The position numbers and the translations under genes are program-made. A DNA stretch of 64,000 nucleotides from Amoebidium appalachense (Eukaryota; Protista; Ichthyosporea): contig CAVNZM010000001.1 in NCBI GenBank assembly GCA_963693365.1, forward strand, positions 4,418,907 to 4,482,906, given 5' to 3'. The notes beneath the pieces were generated by a model. That model saw only the letters and a list, made by a program, of their open reading frames with translations. It was not told where the DNA came from and did not search any database. Shown piece by piece: positions 51,895 through 64,000 of the stretch. The first letter of the stretch is position 1, and every line of letters begins with the position of its first letter.

Positions 51895-53249
51895 ATACAT
51901 GATGTATAATCGCATCATACCCCCTGTTCAAACTTTTATGGGGATATTCTTGTACTTGTATGTATGGTGGATGTAAGTTGTTTTTGCATGTGTGAGCTGT
52001 GTTAAGTTCGCAGTACTTTGATAGGAAACAGATTGAGAGAACAGACCGAGAGAACGCCGTTGTAACATCACATGCAAATGTACATCATTATTTATACCTC
52101 ACAGGACCGGGGGGGGGGGGGGGGGGGGGGGGGGGTTGGGTCGCATATTCCTCACTCTTTTTTTTTTGCAGGCAAATACAACACAGCCCTCAAGCACTAC
52201 GAACACGCCGAGAAACTCTTGGATGTAAGCCAAACCCCCGTCCCCCTCCCCATCCTCTCCCCCTCCCCCACACCCACACCCACACACACACAGCGCCTTC
52301 TCCATCCTTCCAATGGAGAGGATGCGGATGAGAGGGTGGGGGGAGGGGGAAGGGGGGGGAGGGGGGGCGCTGGGAAGGGGGGAGAGAGGGGAGGGGGGGG
52401 GGGGGGGGGGGGGGAGGGAGGGAGGGAGGGAGCTGCTAGTATTCCCGTGTTCTGGTGGCCGCTGGAAGTCTGCAGCTTGCGCTCTATCGTCTCGCAGCGG
52501 TTTTTCTGCGTCCTCTCTCCACACACTCTCTTCCGACACTATCCTCTCCACTTGTTTCCGGCTTAGTATCATGCCTGTTTGTTTCCTCATTTAGTGCTCT
52601 CTGTGACGCAGTGTGCAGAAACAGAACAATAAGAATAACCTGGCCACGGTGCACTGCTTACCATCCTCCCCTCTCCACACCCCATCTACTCCTCCTCGCC
52701 CTCCCTGTTTAATCCTCTTGTATTGTTCACTTTCGATATGTCATCTCGTTCATCTCCCATCATACTCACACTCGCACACAAACACACACAGTCCGAGACC
52801 GGGTTCACTACGGATGAGGAGAAAAGCAAAAAGGCGGCGCTTGTGACTGCAGCCAGACTCAACATGGCTGCATGCGACCTCAAACTAAAGAAGTACACAG
52901 AGGTGGGTGGGTGGGCTATCTTTAACTCCGCTTAAAGCTTTAATGTGCTGTTTTTGTTTGTTTGTTTGTTTGTTTGTTTTGCAGAGAGAGGGAGAGCAAG
53001 GTTGGAGTTTGTATTCGATGTTTAGAACTTTGTACTGAAGAAAGTACGAGCTAAGTATTAGTACTCGGATATGGATTTTGATTCGGTCTTTCTCTCGAGC
53101 CGTTGCTGGTTGTTATTTCTTGAGCCGAAAATGATCTCTTACACCGAGCCATTGTGTATGTATGTAAATGGTGGCAGTTTGGTTATCAGTGGGAATATAC
53201 GGGGGGGAGGGGGAAAGAGGTTTGGTTGTGGTGGTGGTGGTGTTTGTGT

Positions 53250-53302
<53 letters not shown>

Positions 53303-53743
53303 CTACACACTGTTTTTTTTTTTTTTTTTTTTTTTTCCCCTTCCCCGATGTGCTGACTTGACTATCGTTTTCTGGTGCCACCCACCTGCTCACACACACG
53401 TGCACACCCGCAGTGCATCAGCGTGTGCAAGAAGGTGCTGGATAAGGACCCGGACAACGTCAAGGCACTCTACCGCCTGGGCTGTGCATACAAGTATGAT
53501 TGCAACAACCCACAAAAAAAAAACGAAGAAGAAAAGGGAGAGAGAGGGGGGGGGGGGGGGGGGGGGGAGGGGGGGGGGGGGGGAGAATATGAGACATGCA
53601 CTCGTGCACGCAAGCACACCTCCACGGTGTTGGTTTCATGCCGGTTTGTTAAATAGAATAACCTGTCGTGGAAGTTAGAACGAGTGTGCTGTAAATTTGC
53701 TTCTAGTGGTTGTGCATCGATACATCTGGCTATGTGTGTATGC

Positions 53744-53822
<79 letters not shown>

Positions 53823-53893
53823 CGCGTGAGTGTGTGTGCCAGCATGTGTGCGTGCATGCGTGGGTGCCTGTGTTTGTGTGTGTGTGTGCCTGA

Positions 53894-53960
<67 letters not shown>

Positions 53961-54636
53961 GGTGTGTGTACTTGATCGATTCTTACATCCTTTCATCTTT
54001 TTTGCAGTGCTAGCAACGACTCCCCTGAAGCTAAGAAGGTTTTGACGGTAAGAAACCCCCCCCCCCCCCCCCCCCCCCCCCCTCCTCTCTCTCATACGCG
54101 CAACTCCACTACCACCTCTTCTCCCTTTCGTACCTTCTCCACTCTTCGAACAGGCAAACACATAGTTGACTGTACGAGTGCTTGTACATCTTTTCTCCTG
54201 CCAGCTCGTTCACTGATATTATTCTTTTTTGGTTTCCACTTCCAGGAAAGATGTGAACTCTAAAGAGGGAAAAGGAAGTGTGTGGTTTGACCTACACGGC
54301 CAGGTCTGTACGTAATCTGTTGCGATTTATGGACACCACAGTATTTCATATTTAATAGTAGTTTGCTCAGTTGAGCCCATCCCTTACCTTCTTCTTCTCC
54401 CCGTTCCAAAACATGCACATCCAAGCACCCACACAAGGACAAGCACACACACACAAACACACAAGAGCACACACACACACACACACACACTCACTCACAC
54501 ACACAAACACACACAGCATTTGGTGGAGGTAGACTCAACCAATGCGGCCGCCAAGAAGGAACTCAATGACGTCATCAAGAAGATCAAGGCACAGGAGCAG
54601 CGCGAGAAGATGATCTTTGCTAGCATGTTTGCCTGA
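45746..54636 (+). CDS. Large immunophilin with three FKBP domains + TPR (FKBP4/FKBP62-like); exons 45746-45790, 46101-46245, 47299-47459, 47780-47891, ~48646-48757, 49599-49692, 50125-50222, 50570-50678, 51310-51504, 52172-52224, 52792-52902, 53414-53493, 54008-54047, 54517-54636
   Basis: [45 protein letters not shown]...[22 protein letters not shown], two further FKBP repeats, and TPR motifs [29 protein letters not shown]. One apparent frameshift (exon 7) and one uncertain acceptor (exon 5). Confidence 0.92.
48240..48420. repeat. Intronic tandem duplication of about 86 bp, bounded by poly-G
   Basis: ggtaaaaYctgattacgtgtcatgactgagtcgaataggtaagacatgctgtgag occurs twice. Confidence 0.85.
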
Positions 54637-55561
54637 TTGGCTAGTTAGAAAGGATAAAAGTAATGGTGGGGACTGGTTGGCTGCTTTGAAATCCGCCAGA
54701 TATCATGTATCCATGTGAATGCCACGTGGATTTCTATGGTGGAGGATGGGATACAGTAGCTTTTTTAAAGAGGGATTGTGATTGGTGATGTGCACTGATG
54801 TCCGTTTCTTCTTTCTAAATTTGGTAGCATTGCCATATCAGGAGCGCCGAGCGTTTCTATTATAGCGTTTATAAACTTTTATGTACACAACAGAGAGGAT
54901 TGTAGATATGTGGGGCCGGATGCAGGCATTATACGGACCACACTAAATTAACGCTAAATAAAAGGTCACCAGGGGGTGGTATAATATAGAGGGAAACAAT
55001 GATATTGGGAACCTGTGGGCCGATTGGGCCGGGGTAAAACAGAAGGGGTAGCTGACAGTCTATCCCCCTCCTCCCCGCCCCCCTCCTCCCCCCAGCCCCC
55101 CCCCCCCCCCCCCCCTCTTACGTAATTACACGCACACACACCCATTCACCCAATGGTCTTGCAGACTCGCGCGCGCGCACACACACAGACACAGCGCCGT
55201 ACCGACAAACGGCCGTACCTTCCGAACCACAGGTGTTGTGTATATACACAAACGCACACGCTTCACGGTGCTGCACGTGTGCGCTGAAACACGTACGTAC
55301 AGACAGATGCCCGAAACCCATGCATATACATGTACAAAATCACGACACGAGCGCCTGTACCTCACTCGAGAGGTACATGCATCCTTGCACACGGACGTCG
55401 TATATAGAGATCAGCGATTGTTTGCGCAATCCTAAAAAAATTGATCCGACTTTCTGCAGCATCTGGCACGTACTGACGGTGCCTGGACCGGGCTGCTATG
55501 AACTTGCCGTTCGCCTCCTCACACGTACTGACGGTGTGCACGCGCTGCGATGAACTTTCCG

Positions 55562-55820
55562 ATTTTTCCTTACACTCTCGCGACCGCGTGCATGCTTTCT
55601 GTCGCGGCGCCTCGACGGTTCGATAGAGTCCAGTGTTCGCTGAATTGTGTAAGGAAAAATAAGGAGCCATCTCAGTAGGTGGCAGGTTCGCCTCACTCTA
55701 TTTTTCCTTACACTCTCGCGACCGCGTGCATGCTTTCTCTCGCGGCGGCTCTACGGTCCCGAGAGTCCAGTGTGTGCTGTGTGTGTAAGGAAAAATACGA
55801 GTCACCTCAGTAGGTGACAG
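55562..55820 (+). repeat. Two tandem units (period about 138 bp) with 14-15 bp inverted repeats and a 3' hairpin; structured RNA or mini-Helentron
   Basis: atttttccttacac...gtgtaaggaaaaat at 55562-55660 and 55700-55796, each followed by gYcaYct-cagt-aggtgRc. Confidence 0.85.
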
Positions 55821-57235
55821 CTGCAGCATAACGTTTTGGGAGAAAAACGCGAGCGGCAAAAACGAACCCAAAACAGCAGGAAAAAAAAGAGAAAAGAAAC
55901 CATAAGCATATACTAAGTCAAATGAAGCGCCATACTCTTCATAAAATATATTTATATCTCTATTTTACTGAGTGTTGTTTTATTCTGACGATCTCACCAC
56001 CGTAAGGCTAGGTTGTTGGACCAAACGGCCTACCATGAGCACACATGCATGGGAACTCTCTTGTTGCTTGTACTGGCTTACACCTGGGGGCTAGAGGAAG
56101 CAGTTTAATGGTGGGTGTGATTGAAAAACGGCAGCTTATGAGACGCGCTGTATGCTTTGTTCGGCGTGGTCGCTCTACTGGCTGCTTTTCGTGCACGTTA
56201 CATCTGCACAGTTAGCTGCAGGTTGCAGGTCCCCATGGCCCTCGAGGCAACCCTTGGTACAGCTTGTTGCAGATCTAGAGCGCATAAAAAGAACAGACCG
56301 GAACATCGACCATTGTTGTGCACACGTACACCTTTTGGTATGTTGCTGCTTGTAGCAGAGGTCAAAGATGAAGGTATATATTAATGAGGCCTAGGAAGCA
56401 AGATACCGTATATACATACACACGAGCAAGCTGCTAAGAGTCACTCCGGGTAGAGAAAGGCTAGGCTAGCAGCGAGTATACTAGCAGTAACTTGAAGGGC
56501 GGTTGAAAAGTGTTGAGGGCGACGTACATAGTAGCTAAGCAATGAGTAACGTACAAGTATTCGTTTTGAAAAGCCACCTCAAAGTCAACGAAGCATCGCA
56601 TGGTGATGTGCAGACGCCAACAAACGTGCTTCGTGTTCGTGCCCTGGTCACGAACCGTTGTATGCCTATCCACACCTCATGACGATCATGATACATGTAC
56701 ACGGCGCGTACTTTGCAGTGCAGGCCCCCGGAGTGACAGCTAGAGCTGGTAGATCCGGTAGTAGGAAACGGAGGAACGAAACCACCAATTCTTTAATGGA
56801 TCTATTCCCACAAATTTTAGACTACACTGTTTCCTCATCCCAACTGTAAGTTACTGCCCACTGAGCCTCTCGGTGCAAGTCCATCTAAGTCACGGTCTTT
56901 TCTCGACCAACAGGTGTTCGCAGTTCTTGTGCGCACTTGCTCCTAGATCTATACGCACTTGCTCCTAGATCTATACACCCACCTCCCCCGTTCCCCACCC
57001 CGGTCGTACCACCCACCTGGCCTAAGCTCCCGGCCTGCAGATATCCAACTGCCCCCGCCCAAATCCCCTTCCCCCCCCCTCCCCCCCCCCACCCCCGGCA
57101 CAGAGCTCGTGAGAAACCCTTTCTAGCATCCCTATATCCACCTTCCATTCTCCCCCCCCCCCCCCCCCCCCCTCCCCCCGTCTCTGCTCTTGCAACGGTA
57201 CATAGTGTCACCTGGTCACCACCTTTGCATATATT

Positions 57236-57266
<31 letters not shown>

Positions 57267-58249
57267 CCCCCCCCCCCTCCCCCCCCCCTCACCCCGGGAA
57301 GATCAGTGCTTTAAACAAGCGAGCCTGTGTCTGCGCATCAGATGTGCACACGCACGCACACATACACGCAAAAGCACAAGTGCAGGCACACACATACCAA
57401 CCTAAAAATGCGCGACACCAGCACACTAACAAGATCTCAAGGTGATACTTGGTGTGAGAAAAGACCCGCCGGGTCAAAATTTAGATGATGCACGCTATAG
57501 CTCGACGTAAGCGTAAACCATTCACATCATGCACTTGAAAAGAGTCAGCAGCTTAAAAATAACATGCATATTTCTGCTTGCACTTTCGTTTTAGTGACTC
57601 GGGTTCGCATCTTCCCGTTAGTCTAAGAGTACAGTGCAGTTGCGGACCCACAACGATAGCTACCGTTTACTTATGGACTACAAGGCTCTCCCTTTCCACC
57701 TCCGCTCCCCCACAGAATTCTTCTCCTTCTGACCCGCTACCTGTTATGCCCATTCCCTGAAGCACCTAGAAGTCGGCCCTTCGTGCCTGTATACCCACTG
57801 CATGTACGTTGTCTAGTGGTGCTGCATGGTGTGATCCTTTCGGCAAAGCACCTACTGCAGCTGCGTGAGGCTTCCAAGCATCCTAGATGCGTAGCCTACG
57901 GTAACATGGTTGAAAGGGCACTCGAAAAGAAAGGTCGCAAACTGTTTTATATAAAAAGAACGTTGTTCTTATGGCCATACAGCGCTACCTACGTGAAGTA
58001 CTTCGTGTCAGTTCCTTCTCTTTTGTTTCTGCAGCAGCCGTGCCGCTCGATCAGCTATGCTGCAGAAAATGCGTTTGCGCAATCAACGCTGATGCGCGGC
58101 AAATATACCCACATGCCCTTTGAAACCGTATAGCAACACTGCGGCATGTGCACGCACTCTTGCACACAGAGGCGTACTGTGCACGCACTCTTGCACACAG
58201 AGGCGTACCATATCATCTGTAGACACCGTGCCACACACACAAACACAAC

Positions 58250-59081
58250 ATGTCGCCAGTAATCGATGCACTGGGACGCACCCTCACCCTCCCTTCCACC
58301 CCCCGACGCCTTGTGTCGCTTGTGCCCAGCCTCACCGAGTTTCTCTTTCACGTTGGCGTTGGGCCCCATGTGGTGGGCGTAACGAATTTCTGCATAGAGC
58401 CCAAAGATGATGTGGTGAAAATAGCAAAAGTAGGGGGTCCAAAGAACCCAGACCACGAGGTGATAAAGGATCTGAGGCCGGATTTGGTGATAGCTTCGAA
58501 GGAGGAGAACAAGAAGGAGGATGTGGAGAGACTGACCAGAGAGAACATAAACGTGTACGTGACGGACGTGTGTTCGGTCGGAGATGTGTGTGAGCAGCTT
58601 GCAAGTTTGAGTGGCGTGGTGGGTGGGAACAGTGATGTGAGCGAGAGGATACTTCAGGGTATAAGTCTCAAGGAGAGGGAAGTCAGAGAATGGGCGCAAA
58701 AACATTCCGACAGGAGGAAAGCAATTGCTTTCATTTGGAAAGAACCGTGGATGGCTGTAGGAGGGGGGACGTATGCGGACAGCCTTCTCTCTGTGTGCGG
58801 GTTTGAGAACGTAGCGAGGAATCCCATGTTTCGAGAAAAGCGTTATCCTAGTGCAGAGCTAGAAGAGTTTATGGCTTTGGATCCAGAGGTAATACTACTG
58901 CCAGATGAACCATATGTTTTTACACAGGAAAATAAGGGTGATTTTAGCAATTTTTTTGGAGGTTAGTTCAGTGAGGCAGGGGAGGATTGATGTGTTTGAT
59001 GGGCGGTTGTTAACATGGTATGGGGGTAGGACTAGAGAGGCTTTGGAGTACTTGAGTGAGTTGGCAAGAAAGCCAGTGTGA
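58250..59081 (+). CDS. Bacterial-type helical-backbone metal receptor (BtuF/Fe-siderophore-binding family), intronless; one extra T in the T7 run at 58951-58957
   Basis: DALGR...PRRLVSLVPSLTE..VVGVTNFC..P...VGGPKNPD..I..LRPDLVIASKEEN, IWKEPWM, RYP, LPDEPY.F. Removing one T restores the conserved tail SVRQGRIDVFDGRLLTWYGGR to TGA at 59081. Confidence 0.88.
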
Positions 59082-59208
59082 ATGATGGGGAGAGGGGGTG
59101 GGAGAGAAAGAGAGATCTAGAGAAAGAGAGAGACCTAGAGAGGGAGAGATCTAGCGAGAGAACTATGGAGAGAGGAGGGAGAGGGAGAGGGAGAGGGAGA
59201 AGGAGGGG

Positions 59209-59250
<42 letters not shown>

Positions 59251-59946
59251 CTCTGAGAGGGAGAGAGGGAGGGGGGGGGGGGGGGGAGGGGAGAGAGAGG
59301 AGAGGAAGGGAGCTCGAGAGGGAGAGGGGGGGGGGGGGGGGGGGTTAACGTTTTTTTAAAAACCATACGAAGATTCTCTTAAATTGCACAACATACTCAG
59401 TCATTTTTTTTTTTTAAAGATGAACACAAAAACAGCTCCTGGCCGTATAAAAATATACGTTTCAGATTTGCTAAGGTTATATCGTAAAATAAAATGCCTT
59501 AGCTGGTGCATGCAAGTGCTAAAAATAAAAGTATAATAATTTTCTAGAAACAGTACTAGCTAAATGAGCTATTATGATGAGTAACAAAATGAAGTAACGC
59601 GTTAACAAAACTATACAGCTTGTTAAAAATGCACAGCGTCGGGTGGTTTGTGCACAACCCTCGGTTACACGATTATGGGCATTATAAGCAAGAATCAAAT
59701 CTCTCTCCCTATCTCATAGACGGTTATATGTATCTCAGATCAATGGCATGTGGCAATTAGTACTGGTGCAGATTCTGATAGAAACATTATGGTACTGTGT
59801 GATGTGTGTATGATACTGCGTGTATATTTAGTCACCCTCAATAGGTTTGAAGTTTTTTGTGAACAAATTGTGCGGCTTATTGTATGTGCTAACTCTATTG
59901 TAAGGTTTGCTCGTACCACGTCATGTGTGTCTCTCCGTGTTTGCTT

Positions 59947-61056
59947 TTAAAGTGTTATTCCCTTATACACAGCCTGAACATAGGTCTGCTTATCCTTCAG
60001 TGTAGGTGTTAAAAAACCACCTTCGCCAATCTCGTTCCATGCATAAAGCATCATCACGCGGTCCGCAAGTGTTTCCTTCTGGTTCTGGTTGATCCATGTT
60101 TTACCCATTCGCACTGCCGCCTCTACGAGTGCCGGGGTACGCCCAGTGTAGTAGATAGATCTCATGTTGACGGGGTTAGTGAGTTCTTCCTCTGGCCGCC
60201 TATCCCAACCAGTAGTGATTACTGGAACGAATGGGAGGGAGGATCTTCGTGCCATATCTTTGAAGATGGCCAGACTGTCCGATGTTAGCTTGATAAAAGG
60301 GGCACTGCCACACCCACATTGCCATCCGTTGTTGTAGTTGTAGCCCGTCAGAAAACTAAATCCTGCATTCTGCAAATCGATAAAGGATTGGGGTGATCCT
60401 AACCCAGCACACGCACCTATTGCTACATCTGTAATCTTTCCGCCTGATCTAATTCTCACTTTGTCTTTGATGGTTTGGAGCCCGGAGCGCAACATGGCAA
60501 CGCTCCCTGCTGCTTGTAGGAGCAGCTCGGGTGAAAAGAAAATTATCATGGGTTTGCCCCCTTGCAGTTTTAGGTAGTTGGGGTGCACCATATACTCGGC
60601 CCACCTGCTCGTCACTATGTCCCAGTCTGCTAGCCCCAGCTTAAACCCCTGGTGGTTTGCAATCATCAGCGAGAATTTAATGCGATTGCGGTTGGGGGCC
60701 TGAAGGTACAGCCCGAGCGCATTGTTTAGGGGCGTAGTCTTGACGGGTCCCTCGGGATAGTACCAGTCGAACGCCCAGAACTTGATGCCATTGTTGGCCG
60801 CAATGTCAATCTGCTGCCTCATGATGTCCACTGTGTTATCTCGCCACCCCCAGGTGGGTTTGCGGTCGGAATACTTCGTGAGAAGAAGGGGGGCGATGGG
60901 GATGCCCGTAGCCCAACCATCAAAATAGTATGCACCCACTAGCAGGGGGGTGCTCGTCCATGATAGTGCTGCTGGCTCGATGGATGAATTGAGGGCCTGC
61001 GCTGCACAAACAGAGAGGAGAAAGAGGAACACACAGGGGGTGTGGGGTAATGCCAT
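59947..61056 (-). CDS. Secreted GH99-like/WbsX-family glycoside hydrolase, intronless, 369 aa
   Basis: Hydrophobic signal peptide, VGAYYFDGW, QIDIAANNGIKFWAFDWY, HPNYLK..GKP, GWDRRP, YAWNEIGEGG.LTP. Confidence 0.82.
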   Translation of the reverse strand: MALPHTPCVFLFLLSVCAAQALNSSIEPAALSWTSTPLLVGAYYFDGWATGIPIAPLLLTKYSDRKPTWGWRDNTVDIMRQQIDIAANNGIKFWAFDWYYPEGPVKTTPLNNALGLYLQAPNRNRIKFSLMIANHQGFKLGLADWDIVTSRWAEYMVHPNYLKLQGGKPMIIFFSPELLLQAAGSVAMLRSGLQTIKDKVRIRSGGKITDVAIGACAGLGSPQSFIDLQNAGFSFLTGYNYNNGWQCGCGSAPFIKLTSDSLAIFKDMARRSSLPFVPVITTGWDRRPEEELTNPVNMRSIYYTGRTPALVEAAVRMGKTWINQNQKETLADRVMMLYAWNEIGEGGFLTPTLKDKQTYVQAVYKGITL

Positions 61057-61866
61057 GTTGCTTTGAGTTTTTTGCCGGTTAGGGCGTTAGCACCGTGCAC
61101 TGTGTTGAGTGATTTTAGTACCAGTAAACTTGTTGAGCTTGCAAATGTTGTTTGCACTAACTGTTATATGTCGTGTTCGAGCAAGCTATAGTCTGTGGCA
61201 ACGCGAGCAGTGTGTTTCTTAGGCAACCCATGCGTGCTCATGTGGCCATAAGACGGCCACGGCCAGCCAGGCTTGAGCCGAAGGCCTGGCAGCTCTGCAG
61301 GTACACTGACTGGAAAAACTATTAGCTTTGGCTGGAAAGAAAGCGTGTCGAAACTCGTAAGTTGGGGTCTCTCCTGTCTGTGGAAAGTTGCTCACTCTGA
61401 GGGGGTCACAGCCTCGCTCAGAGTCATGATCCGTGAGTCGACTGATCACAGGCTGACAAATGTTCGATCACTTCGATGGTCGTCTGGTATGCACAACGCA
61501 CCGTACGGTGCACTCCGATTGGTGCAATGAACCGCTAATCGGAATCCGGTCTCAATCGGCTCAGGAGTCAGTACGTCCTCTGCTACCTTCTGAGGTAGCT
61601 CTTATTTTTCAAGGAGACGCGGACGATACGGAGAGCGGCTCACGTGACTCACCTACCTTGAAAAATAATGCTCAGCCCGCGTCGATTTATCGTACATCGG
61701 CTATTGTAGAGGGCACAGTCAGTACGTGCCAGCTCCTCAGTCAGTGTGATGAGCTGTGCACGTGGGGCCGTGGGCACCGAAAAAAGCATACATGTGGGAC
61801 CCCCCAAACCCCCGTCTCTCTAGATTATACTGGATAGAGATCTATGGATAGGAGAGGTATGGTCAA

Positions 61867-61900
<34 letters not shown>

Positions 61901-61964
61901 CCAGCCCCCGTGCCTGGTGTGTGTGGAGGTGTGTCTGTGTGTGTGTGTGTTTGGGGGCCCCGGG

Positions 61965-62020
<56 letters not shown>

Positions 62021-62750
62021 TAGGATCGATCCAATCACTCCAACATGTAGCTCTGCCTCAGACTCACAAGATAGTTTCAGCCGTTGAGTAAAAGGCATGG
62101 ACTCTACATAGATCATGAGTCACAACTCGAATTCGAAGGCACAAGGTGGGCCAAACAGCTACCAAGTCACAAACAATTTTCAAAAGCACAGTGTGGCGGA
62201 GTTGAACTTCCATAATTTACTGTACAAAAACACACCTTACATAACAAATGTCACCAATAGCGTGGATTGGCTCACAATTCCGCATCAATACTGAGCGCAT
62301 ATTAATATTCGACAGGTCCCTGGCTCTAACTTGTTCCTGTGAGACGGTTATAACAAAAGGTACAACACTCGTGCAATATATATGGCAGCAAACAGATGCC
62401 CCAGTATCCACCTTAACCGATTAATTCACATGCTGTTGCTTTTATAATCCAAAAAAAGAAACAACTATGATAAGTTATTGCCCTAATGGACGAGAAAACT
62501 ATAATACTAGTATATAAATAAAAGTAATGAAGCAACTCATCCCGTCCCCCCCCCCTCCCCTCCCCCCCCTCCTTCAACTACCACCACCACCACCACTACA
62601 ACCACCACTCCCAAAACCCGCCACCACAACACAGACACACGATTTGAAAGGCTGTAACACACTATGATTTATCTCCCGGAAAAATAGAAATTTGTGGAGT
62701 CTTAGGGACTCCGAGGTGGGGTGGTTGTTGCGTGAATGTGTGTGTGTGGA

Positions 62751-62781
<31 letters not shown>

Positions 62782-63124
62782 TGAGAAACTGAGACACAGT
62801 AAATAATCGTAAGCGAGAACCTGGATAAAAGATCTGGGGCTGTTATAAGAAGTGTTGTGACAAACAAACGGAACATGAAAAGGAACCAACTGTCCAAAAG
62901 TTAATTTGGGTTTTCATTGATTTAAATCGTGGCCTGACACTCGTGAATCTTCCCAATATATTAACGGAAATGCAGAAAAAAACATATACCAAGTATTTTA
63001 AAACGTCTTGCCAAAAATATCCATACCTTCCCACACCTTCGCGTCCGTTGAAACCTCACGCCATCCTCTTGCATATCTCCCATATAATTACGTATATCTC
63101 CTTCACAAAATTCATCTCCACACA

Positions 63125-63283
63125 TCATTGCAAATCACTTGCAATGCCCACGGTCGGGCACACCGTGTTGCAATCGTCCCCACCCATGCAGTGGCTCTCG
63201 ACGTCTGGCTCCTCCAATTGGATGGTCGTGTGGTGGATGCCGTATTTCTCGCAGAGAAGACGCTGGGCTGCAAGAAGAACATT
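63125..63283 (-). CDS. Terminal exon of a CDF/SLC30 (ZnT) cation-efflux transporter; the rest lies beyond the window
   Basis: After the acceptor CCACAG: NVLLAAQRLLCEKYGIHHTTIQLEE...*. GIHHTTIQxE is the CDF C-terminal signature. Confidence 0.8.
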   Translation of the reverse strand, partial: NVLLAAQRLLCEKYGIHHTTIQLEEPDVESHCMGGDDCNTVCPTVGIASDLQ

Positions 63284-63388
63284 CTGTGGAGGGTTGAACA
63301 CGTGTTAGAGGAAGAGGTCATGGGGACACGGGGCAGTGGACATATTGTGTGTGTGTGTGTGTGTGTGGGTTTGTGTGGGTTTGGGGGT

Positions 63389-63538
63389 GGGGGGGGGGGG
63401 GGGGGGGGGGGGGGGTTGAATGCGTCAAAAAGTACAAAGTACACAAGAACAAACGGATAACACGATGTAGAATGCAAGCCATACATAAAGAGTATGCATA
63501 ATAAGCAGAGCCCATCCTCAAGGGGGGCCCACGTCATC
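63389..63538 (-). mobile_element. Dispersed repeat copy C, in the last ZnT intron, flanked by C-runs on both sides
   Basis: The reverse complement differs from copy A at only a few positions over about 123 bp. C7 upstream and about C27 downstream. Confidence 0.6.
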
Positions 63539-63617
63539 GGGGGGGATCGAAAGGATAAGAGGGTGCCAGAAGAAGAACTATCAGAATGATGACAGAACCA
63601 AGAGAGGTGGGTTGGCG

Positions 63618-63661
<44 letters not shown>

Positions 63662-63791
63662 TGCCTCGGGGAGGGAGAGAGAGGAGGGGAGGATGCCTCA
63701 GGAAGGGAGAGGGGGGAGAGGTGGGGGGGATGCCTCGGGGAGGGAGGGAGGGGGGGGGGCGGGTAGGGAGAGAGAAGAGAGAGAGAAAGAG

Positions 63792-63895
<104 letters not shown>

Positions 63896-63939
63896 GGGGG
63901 GGAGGATGCCTCGGCGAGAAAGGGAGAGAGGGAGGAGGG

Positions 63940-63973
<34 letters not shown>

Positions 63974-64000
63974 CTATCTGAGAGAAAAAGAGCGGGGGGG

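Noticed and set aside
55562-55820. tRNA genes or a cobalamin riboswitch for the BtuF-like gene
   Set aside because: Arm sizes and A/B boxes do not fit a tRNA (GGTTCGA only in one copy); there is no B12 box and the gene is 2.4 kb away.
58250-63283. Metal-homeostasis cluster (BtuF-like + ZnT)
   Set aside because: Only proximity supports it; the genes differ in structure and a glycosidase lies between them.

Overview
Intron-rich eukaryotic genomic DNA. Introns and intergenic DNA are saturated with (CA)n, (GA)n and long poly-C/poly-G tracts, so most ORFs in the six-frame track are artefacts. Manual exon joining gives: (1) a Helitron Rep/helicase gene (1512-10617, +, 5' part outside the window) with HUH and Y2 motifs and a Pif1 helicase, spliced through four tandem 66-nt symmetric exons to a C-terminal OTU-like cysteine protease, followed by an array of imperfect hairpins; (2) a 9-exon G-patch/C2H2 gene (GPATCH8-like, -); (3) a single-coding-exon Ubl + AN1 zinc-finger gene whose middle looks like a midnolin half-Catch domain plus C-helix; (4) an 11-exon ADAT3/Tad3; (5) a 14-exon triple-FKBP/TPR immunophilin; (6) two adjacent intronless bacterial-type genes (BtuF-like metal/cobalamin binder, GH99/WbsX-like glycosidase); (7) the last exon of a CDF/ZnT transporter. 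Non-coding highlights are a dispersed repeat ending in poly-C that may be the 3' end of a LINE, and a tandem pair of four-way-junction elements with covarying stems. No database searches were possible; family calls rest on motif recognition.
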